A DNA stretch of 64,000 bases from a bacterium (GTDB lineage: Bacteria; Myxococcota_A; UBA9160; UBA4427): contig JANOFF010000048.1 in the NCBI GenBank assembly GCA_031413515.1, positions 9,673-73,672 on the forward strand, given 5' to 3'. The translations under genes were made by a program, and so were the position numbers. The notes beneath the pieces are model-generated. The model saw nothing but the letters and a program-made list of their open reading frames with translations, did no database searches and had not been told where the DNA came from. Positions 58,098 to 64,000 of this stretch are shown one piece after another. Every line of letters starts with the position of its first letter. Positions within the stretch are counted from its first letter, which is position 1.

Positions 58098-58454
58098 CTA
58101 ACCAAGGTGCCGACGCAGGACCGCTTTCAGTTCCGCGTCATCCCACGGCTTCGGGATCAGGGCTTCGATTCCGATCTCCCGGACTTCGGTCTCGGTCACC
58201 GCTTCCGCCCATCCGGTGATCAGCACACGCACGACGTCTGGCCAGCGTTCGGAAACCACTCGCAGGAACTCGCTCCCCGTCATGCCGGGCATCTTGTGGT
58301 CACTGAGCACGAGATCGACCGACCTCTCGGCGAGGATCTTCAATCCCTGTTCCGGGCCATCGGCGGTAAGGATCTCCCAGCCTTCGCGACGCAGGCTGCG
58401 CTCGAGCGCATTCAGGATCCGCACCTCGTCGTCCACGATCAGCACGCAGCTCAC
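58098..58454 (-). CDS. Single-domain CheY-like response regulator
   Basis: (V)SCVLIVDDEVRILNALERSL…VDLVLSDHKMPGMTGSEFL…LITGW…KPW is a complete receiver signature. The GTG start overlaps the kinase stop (GTGA). Confidence 0.9.
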   Translation of the reverse strand: MSCVLIVDDEVRILNALERSLRREGWEILTADGPEQGLKILAERSVDLVLSDHKMPGMTGSEFLRVVSERWPDVVRVLITGWAEAVTETEVREIGIEALIPKPWDDAELKAVLRRHLG

Positions 58455-60511
58455 GGGCTCTGCTCGGGCGCGGGCGAGTGTCTCTCGGCTTCGGGCAGCG
58501 GCGGTTCGAAGGGAAGCCAGACCGAGAACGTCGACCCCTCGCCGACGACGCTCTCGACCATCATCCTGCCGCCGTGTCGTTCGATGATGGCGTATGAGGT
58601 GGAGAGCCCGAGACCCGTTCCGGTTCCGACTTCCTTCGTGGAGAAGAACGGTTCGAAGATGCGCGGCCGATCCGCCTCGCTGATCCCCACTCCAGTGTCA
58701 CTGATGCGGACGGTGATCCCCTCCTCGTCCTGCGATGTGACGATCCGGATCAGCCCGCGCGCGCCGTCGCGCCCGATCGCTTCCTCGATCGCCTGATAGG
58801 CGTTGACGAGGATGTTCATGAACACCTGCTTGAGTTCCATCGGGTAGCAGCGAAGCTGCCGCAGGTCGGCATAGTCCTTCTCGAACGCCACCGAGTCCTT
58901 CATCATCGTGAAGACGATGTTCGCGGTGGTATCGACGCATTGGTTGACGTCCGCGAGGGTGCGTTCAGCCGATCCCTTGTGCGAGAAATCGCGCAGATCG
59001 CGGACGATGTGACGGATGCGCTCGGAACCCTCCTGGGATTCCCGCACGGCCTTCGAGAAATCTCCGCGCAGGTATCCGATGTCGATGCCTTCTCCGATCT
59101 CGGCGAGTCGGCGGGCCGCCGCCTCGATCGCACCGCCCGGACCTCCGGATGCGACCGAGCGCAACTCGTCCACAGCGTCCAGATACGTCCCCAGATCCTC
59201 GAGGTACTCGCTCATCTGATAGAGATTCGCGTGGATGAAGCCCATCGGGTTGTTGATCTCGTGGGCGATGCCCGCAGCCAACTGTCCGATGGAAGCCATT
59301 TTCTCCTGCTGCAGAACCTGCTGTTGCAGCTGCTTGATCTCGCTCAGGTCCTGGAAGATCGCGACGGCGCCGTGGGTCCTTCCGTCATCATCGACGAGGG
59401 GCGTGCACGAAATCCCGATCGGCAGCGCCGCTCCCGTATCGAGCCGGATCATCGCCTCTGCGCCCTTGAATCGCACTCCGTCCGCGAGGGTTCGCGACAG
59501 CAGGGACGGACCGTCGTCGAAGGGCGAGAACCAGTCCGAAACGAGCCGTCCGACCAGATCCGCGCTGGCCCGACCGAGGATCTGTCCCGCGGTCGGGTTC
59601 GCGAACGTGATCCTTCCCGTGTGATCGACGACCAGCAGAGCGCTGTTGATGCTGAGTACAATGTTCTCGTTGTAGCGCTCGAGGGCACCCACGCGCTGGC
59701 TGAGCAGTTCCGTCTCGCTCACGTCGGACAGTACGATCAGGACCCGACCCGCCTCGTCGAGCCGCTGTCCACGAACGTCGTAGACCCGCGACCCGCCATC
59801 CGCACCGCGCGTGCGTGCGAGGCGCGAACCCGACTGGATCGGCGTCGCGACAGGCGGAATCAAGTCCTGGAATGCGCCACTGTCGAGCAGATCCCAGGGC
59901 AGGATGTCCTCGAGCCGCGTTCCGCTCACCTGCTTTCCGACCACATCGAATGCTCGACAGAACTCCGGATTCACGTCGACCACCCGGCCGTCGACATCGA
60001 GCACGATCAGCGACACCGGAATCTGGTTCACGATCGCGTCCTGCAGACTCTCGAGCCACGCGATCTTTCGGCTCGCAGCCGCGCGTGCGCGCTGCTGTCG
60101 CCAGCGTCGGATCTGCTCGAGCGCGACCACCGGCAGGACTTCCGCGTAGTCGGTGTTCTCACGCACGCAATCGCTCGCCCCCGCGCGGAAGGCGTCGAGC
60201 GCTGCAGGTTCATCGGCCTGCGAATCGATCACCGCCACGATCGGCGGGGCATCCGTCCCGAAGGCCAGTTGCGCCGCAGCAATCTCACTCGCCGGATTCC
60301 GGACCACGACGACCAGATCCACGTCTCCGGCGGAGACGGCCCGGACGCAGGCCGAAATGGAGGTCGCCGAAACGAAGTCGACCTCCGCACCGATCCGCTC
60401 GAGGGCGCTGCGCGTTGCCGCGCCGGAACCCGCAGATTCGAACACCACTATCCGGACGACGGACGATTCCGACGTGGAACGGAACTTCGCGAGATCTCGC
60501 ACTCGGGCCAC
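58451..60511 (-). CDS. Multi-domain sensor histidine kinase (receiver-like N-domain, 2 PAS, HisKA, HATPase)
   Basis: The H-box is AAGIAHEINNPMGFIHANL. The HATPase region is …ISDTGVGISEADRPRIFEPFFSTK…GTGLGLSTSYAIIERHGGRM. The PAS cores are …LIVLDVDGRVVDVNPEF… and …LLVVDHTGRITFANPTA…. The start is uncertain: the ORF runs to 60745 but would overlap the upstream gene, and GTG 60511 is my best guess. Confidence 0.8.
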   Translation of the reverse strand: MARVRDLAKFRSTSESSVVRIVVFESAGSGAATRSALERIGAEVDFVSATSISACVRAVSAGDVDLVVVVRNPASEIAAAQLAFGTDAPPIVAVIDSQADEPAALDAFRAGASDCVRENTDYAEVLPVVALEQIRRWRQQRARAAASRKIAWLESLQDAIVNQIPVSLIVLDVDGRVVDVNPEFCRAFDVVGKQVSGTRLEDILPWDLLDSGAFQDLIPPVATPIQSGSRLARTRGADGGSRVYDVRGQRLDEAGRVLIVLSDVSETELLSQRVGALERYNENIVLSINSALLVVDHTGRITFANPTAGQILGRASADLVGRLVSDWFSPFDDGPSLLSRTLADGVRFKGAEAMIRLDTGAALPIGISCTPLVDDDGRTHGAVAIFQDLSEIKQLQQQVLQQEKMASIGQLAAGIAHEINNPMGFIHANLYQMSEYLEDLGTYLDAVDELRSVASGGPGGAIEAAARRLAEIGEGIDIGYLRGDFSKAVRESQEGSERIRHIVRDLRDFSHKGSAERTLADVNQCVDTTANIVFTMMKDSVAFEKDYADLRQLRCYPMELKQVFMNILVNAYQAIEEAIGRDGARGLIRIVTSQDEEGITVRISDTGVGISEADRPRIFEPFFSTKEVGTGTGLGLSTSYAIIERHGGRMMVESVVGEGSTFSVWLPFEPPLPEAERHSPAPEQSP

Positions 60512-60539
60512 CTGAAAGCGGTGGGGGGTGCCGCGCAAT

Positions 60540-61325
60540 CTAACTGATCGAGGCTCCCCCACCAAACCAGGGCGGCCGTTGACGCGCAGCCGGAGCCGAC
60601 CTCGGTTCGCCGTCCGCATGGCGACGCTGGAGATCGACGCCGTGCTTGGCCGCCTTGCGATAGTAGGTACTTCGGCCGATCCCGAGCCTTCTCGCCGCTT
60701 CGGCTGCATCCCCCGCGGCTTCATGCAGAGCGCGCTCGAGAGCAAGTCGTTCGTACGCTTCGAGTGTGAGCGGTATTGCCGGAGGCGCGGTGGACTCCAC
60801 TGCCAGCGGGACCCGAGTCCAGTCCGTTGCCGGGACTTCGTCGCGTGTCTCGGTCCTGCGAAGAGCGTCGCGTGTATCGCGCGGCGATTCCATCACAGCA
60901 CACGCGCGCGCGACGTTCACCGCGTCCCTCACGCGGGCAACGTCGGAGAACGGCTTCGACAGGTAGTCGAACGCGCCGGCCCGCATGCAGAGGACCGCGC
61001 TTTCGACACTGGCCCTTCCGGTCATCACGACGACCTCCACGTCGGGTCGCTGGCTGCGAATCCGGGACAGCGCGTCGAGGCCGCCCTCCCCGCCCATGAA
61101 TAGATCGAGCAGTACGACGGCGAGAGCCGGTTCCTCGAGCAGGTCGGACAGTTCCTCCACCCGCGCTGTGCTGACCAGCGAGTGGCCGTCAGTGGAGAGC
61201 ATGCGGGTCAACGCTCGGACGACGAGCGGTTCGTCGTCGACGATCGCGATGACGTTGCGCACAGCGGGCCTCGACCCGACCCTGCCCAGGCTGTTTCCGG
61301 GAAACCCGTCCATGACCGGGTTCAT
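60540..61325 (-). CDS. Response regulator with a Fis-type HTH but no AAA+ domain
   Basis: The REC domain reads …VIAIVDDEPLVVRALTRML…VVLLDLFMGGEGGLD…VVMTGRASVESAVLCMRAGAFDYLSKPF. After a ~70-aa linker comes …AGDAAEAARRLGIGRSTYYRKAAKHG. The start is ATG 61325 or GTG 61262. Confidence 0.8.
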   Translation of the reverse strand: MNPVMDGFPGNSLGRVGSRPAVRNVIAIVDDEPLVVRALTRMLSTDGHSLVSTARVEELSDLLEEPALAVVLLDLFMGGEGGLDALSRIRSQRPDVEVVVMTGRASVESAVLCMRAGAFDYLSKPFSDVARVRDAVNVARACAVMESPRDTRDALRRTETRDEVPATDWTRVPLAVESTAPPAIPLTLEAYERLALERALHEAAGDAAEAARRLGIGRSTYYRKAAKHGVDLQRRHADGEPRSAPAARQRPPWFGGGASIS

Positions 61326-61433
61326 CGGCCATGACGATCGGCCCCTTGAGAGGTCGCGATGTACGGATCGGCTTGATGGGCCCGGACGTGCGGCCTATGC
61401 TGGTCAAGCCCCCTCCGCCATGCGGAGTCAACC

Positions 61434-62822
61434 CTGCAGAAATCCCACGTCCTCGTCGTCGACGACGAAGAACTCTACCGGCGAGCACTCGAACGAATCC
61501 TCAAGCGCGTCGGTCACGAGGTCTTGATGGCCCGTGATTCGAGCGAAGCCCTTGGCATCGTCTCGGCCCAGCCGCTCGACCTCGTGCTCTGCGACGTCAA
61601 GATGCCGGGCATCAATGGCCTCGAACTCGTGCGCCAGATCCACGAACTCGAACCCGATCTGCCGTGCATCGTGATCACGGGCTACGGCAGCGCCGAGGCA
61701 TCGGTGGACGCGCTGCGGGCGGGAGCGTTCTGGTACCTCGAGAAGCCGTTCGAGCAGGAGAAGCTCGACGTGGTGCGACGCCTTGTCGAACAAGCGATCG
61801 AGCACGGCCGCCTCAAGGCGGAGAATCGGCGGCTCCGTTCCGCCCTGCGGTCCCGCTACAAGTTCGACAACATCATCGGCAAGAGCGCGGCCCTCATGCA
61901 CGTCCTCGCCCTGGTCGAGAAGATCGCGGACACCGAGAGCACGGTGCTCATCAACGGCGAGAGCGGCACCGGCAAGGAACTGATCGCCCGGGCGCTGCAC
62001 TACAACAGCCGCCGCGCGGATCGATCGCTCGTGACGGTCAACTGCGGCGCGATTCCCGAGGAACTGCTCGAATCGGAGCTCTTCGGGCACGTCAAGGGCG
62101 CCTTCACGAATGCCAGCCACGATCGGCAGGGTCGCTTCTCACTCGCCGACGGCGGCACGATCTTCCTGGACGAGATCGGCGACATGAGTCCGAATCTCCA
62201 GGTGAAGCTCCTCCGCGTCCTGCAGGAACGGACGTTCGAACCGGTCGGGTCGTCGAAGACCGTGAAGGTGGATGTGCGGATCATCGCGGCCACCCACCAG
62301 GATCTGCCCGGATTGATCGAGGCGAACCGATTCCGGGAGGATCTCTACTATCGGCTCAACGTGCTGCCGATCGAAGTGCCGCCGTTGCGTGCGCGAATAG
62401 ACGACATTCCCCTGCTCGTACATCACTTTCTCGACATCGCCAGCCAGGAGCGCCATTCGCGGGTCGATTCGATCTCCGACGCGGCGATGGAGTACATGGT
62501 CCGATTCGACTGGCCGGGCAATGTCCGACAGCTCGAGAACACCATCGAGCGCCTCGCCGTGCTCTCGAACGGCAGCGAAATCGCGGTCGAGGATCTGCCG
62601 AAGGAACTGCGCGACTCGGACAGGAACATCGCACCCGTCGGCCTGGCGCTTCCGGTCGATGGCATCTCGCTCAATTCGGCGGTCGAGCAACTCGAGAGAG
62701 ACCTGATCTCCCAGGCGCTCGATCGCACTCAATGGAACAAGAACCGCGCCGCCCAGCTGCTCGGGCTGAACCGCACGACTCTGCTCGAGAAGATCAAGAA
62801 GCGGAACATCGTCCAGCCCTAG
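61434..62822 (+). CDS. Sigma-54-dependent response regulator (NtrC family), probable CTG start
   Basis: It has AAA+ (GESGTGKE, GAFTNA, …IFLDEIGDM…) and a Fis HTH (…NKNRAAQLLGLNRTTLLEKIKK). The ORF-track start (TTG 61524) removes receiver strand beta-1. The in-frame upstream codons read (L)QKSHVLVVDDEELYRRALERILKRVGHEV from CTG 61434, which follows GGAG. Confidence 0.85.
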   Translation: MQKSHVLVVDDEELYRRALERILKRVGHEVLMARDSSEALGIVSAQPLDLVLCDVKMPGINGLELVRQIHELEPDLPCIVITGYGSAEASVDALRAGAFWYLEKPFEQEKLDVVRRLVEQAIEHGRLKAENRRLRSALRSRYKFDNIIGKSAALMHVLALVEKIADTESTVLINGESGTGKELIARALHYNSRRADRSLVTVNCGAIPEELLESELFGHVKGAFTNASHDRQGRFSLADGGTIFLDEIGDMSPNLQVKLLRVLQERTFEPVGSSKTVKVDVRIIAATHQDLPGLIEANRFREDLYYRLNVLPIEVPPLRARIDDIPLLVHHFLDIASQERHSRVDSISDAAMEYMVRFDWPGNVRQLENTIERLAVLSNGSEIAVEDLPKELRDSDRNIAPVGLALPVDGISLNSAVEQLERDLISQALDRTQWNKNRAAQLLGLNRTTLLEKIKKRNIVQP

Positions 62823-63117
62823 CGGGCCGACGGAACGCGCCGGTCGGAGAGTCCCATGGCGGACCCCGGGCGGGCGGTGCGGGTCGCTGATCGAATGAGC
62901 GCGATTCCCCTTCATTCGGACGCGCGTTCGACCGTTACGGCGGGCGAAGACCATCGCGCACGCTCGTTCGCGACCCGAAGACCGGTCGCGAACGACGGAT
63001 TCGTAACTCGTGACGACGAATTGCGTCGGCCTCCTGACGGTCCTGCGCATCGCTGAACCCGCATGCAGCCCCGGGTGGCACTGCGACGCGCAAGAAACTG
63101 CGTTTCCCGACCCCGGT

Positions 63118-63169
63118 CTTGTGTTCTGGATTCTTTAGGGATTCCAAACACATGCGGATCGAATTCGAT
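63118..63169. promoter_or_regulatory. Two palindromes upstream of the sigma-54 promoter (candidate activator or IHF sites)
   Basis: An imperfect palindrome, TTGTGTTCTGGATTC-TTTAGG-GATTCCAAACACA (63118-63151), sits in an unusually AT-rich patch. A perfect 14-nt palindrome, GATCGAATTCGATC, follows at 63156-63169. They lie about 60-110 nt upstream of the -24 element. Confidence 0.4.
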
Positions 63170-63226
63170 CAGGGACCGGCATCGCGTCCCAGTCTGGTTG
63201 GCTTTTTTCAGCGCCAGCCGACTGCT

Positions 63227-63242
63227 TGGCACGAGCCCTGCT
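63227..63242 (+). promoter_or_regulatory. Sigma-54 (-24/-12) promoter upstream of the FliA-type sigma factor gene
   Basis: TGGCACG-AGCC-CTGCT matches TGGCACG-N4-TTGCW apart from one -12 position. It lies 127 nt upstream of ATG 63369. Confidence 0.65.
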
Positions 63243-63368
63243 CTTCACCTCGTCTCGAAGAGTCCCGGTCACGCAAGGGAAGACGGTGGGTGCGGCGCCC
63301 GCCGATCGAGCCACCGGTCACGATCGACACGGCCAGAGCGTGGGGTCTGGCAACGAGGAGAACGGTTG

Positions 63369-64000
63369 ATGGAAGCGATGCTGCGCGAGGCCAAAGAGAA
63401 GTACAACGAGATCCCGTCGGATCTCAAAGAGCAGATCGTCCTGGAACACACCCCGCTGATCCGATTCATCGTGAACCGGATCGCGGTGCGGCTGCCCTCC
63501 CACATCGACCTCGATGACCTGCACAACACGGGCGTGATCGGATTGATGGATGCGATCGAGAAGTACGATCCCGAGAAGAACTGCAAATTCAAGACCTACG
63601 CGGAATTCAGGATCAAGGGCGCGATCCTCGACCAGCTCCGCTCGCTGGACTGGGTGCCGCGCAGCGTCCGCCAGAAGAGCCGCAAGCTCGAGAGGGCCTA
63701 TGGCGAAGTCGAGCAGCGACTAGGTCGGTCCGCCTCGGACGACGAAGTAGCCGACTCGCTCGGACTCGAGATCGACAAGTTCCACACCCTGCTGAATCAA
63801 GTCCGGGGAATCTCGTTGATCAATCTCGAGGAGATCCGCGGAACCAATTCGGATGGCGACCGTGCCGGTACGTTCGCGGACATCATCGAAGACGTCCACT
63901 CCGAGAATCCGTTCGCCTCGCTCAAGCTGCTCGAGACGAAGCACGTGATCTCCGACACGATCGGCACGCTTCCCGAGAAGGAGCGCCTCGTGATCTCGCT
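63369..64000 (+). CDS. FliA/WhiG-family (sigma-28-type) RNA polymerase sigma factor, 5' part (runs off the window)
   Basis: This gene is absent from the ORF track because no stop occurs in the window. ATG 63369 follows GAGGAG. The translation is MEAMLREAKEKYNEIPSDLKEQIVLEHTPLIRFIVNRIAVRLPSHIDLDDLHNTGVIGLMDAIEKYDPEKNCKFKTYAEFRIKGAILDQLRSLDWVPRSVRQKSRKLERAY…. Regions 2.1-2.4 and 3 match the FliA pattern (…FxTYAxxRIrGAmlDeLRxxDWvPRSvR…). Confidence 0.85.
   Translation, partial: MEAMLREAKEKYNEIPSDLKEQIVLEHTPLIRFIVNRIAVRLPSHIDLDDLHNTGVIGLMDAIEKYDPEKNCKFKTYAEFRIKGAILDQLRSLDWVPRSVRQKSRKLERAYGEVEQRLGRSASDDEVADSLGLEIDKFHTLLNQVRGISLINLEEIRGTNSDGDRAGTFADIIEDVHSENPFASLKLLETKHVISDTIGTLPEKERLVIS

Noticed and set aside
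63076-63090. A second TGGCAC motif (TGGCAC-TGCGA-CGCG) in the same intergenic region as the sigma-54 promoter.
   Set aside because: There is no TTGC-like -12 element at the required spacing, and the site at 63227 is much better.

Overview
GC-rich bacterial chromosomal window (GC not computed; by eye well above 60%, and every real gene is shadowed by long Arg/Ala/Pro-rich antisense ORFs). Gene content and order look delta-proteobacterial, Myxococcota-like or Desulfobacterota-like. I found no rRNA, tRNA, CRISPR array, transposase or integrase. The core is a type IVa pilus (T4P) locus on the minus strand: pilB-pilT-pilC-pilS-pilR plus a second histidine kinase (30027->21212), a convergent second sigma-54 activator on the plus strand, then XRE-HTH-pilM-pilN-pilO-pilP-pilQ (19490->13013). 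After a terminator comes a tightly packed accessory operon: TPR, Roadblock/LC7, aroQ, a 1189-aa acidic TPR scaffold and an ExeA-like AAA+ ATPase. The pilin gene pilA lies about 20 kb from pilB on the other strand, behind a good sigma-54 promoter and among peptidoglycan-recycling genes (SLT, dacB, amgK/murU-like, anmK). Between them are housekeeping genes: frameshifted ribF, lptF/G, nfeD-stomatin-hflK-hflC, coaBC, a phosphohexomutase, coaD and rsmD. The right end carries a paralogous GT4-methyltransferase-GT4-methyltransferase cluster. It also has a membrane/coiled-coil protein with a RelE/ParE-like C-terminus, a CheY / PAS-kinase / REC-HTH set, a third sigma-54 activator, and a sigma-54 promoter in front of a FliA-type sigma factor that runs off the window. 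Points worth a second look are the post-pilQ accessory operon, the membrane-tethered RelE-like protein and three near-consensus -24/-12 promoters. Others are two genes whose conserved N-termini can only start at CTG, a 1-nt frameshift in ribF, and a 730-bp gene-free region full of short repeats. All homology calls come from reading the translations; no database search was run.
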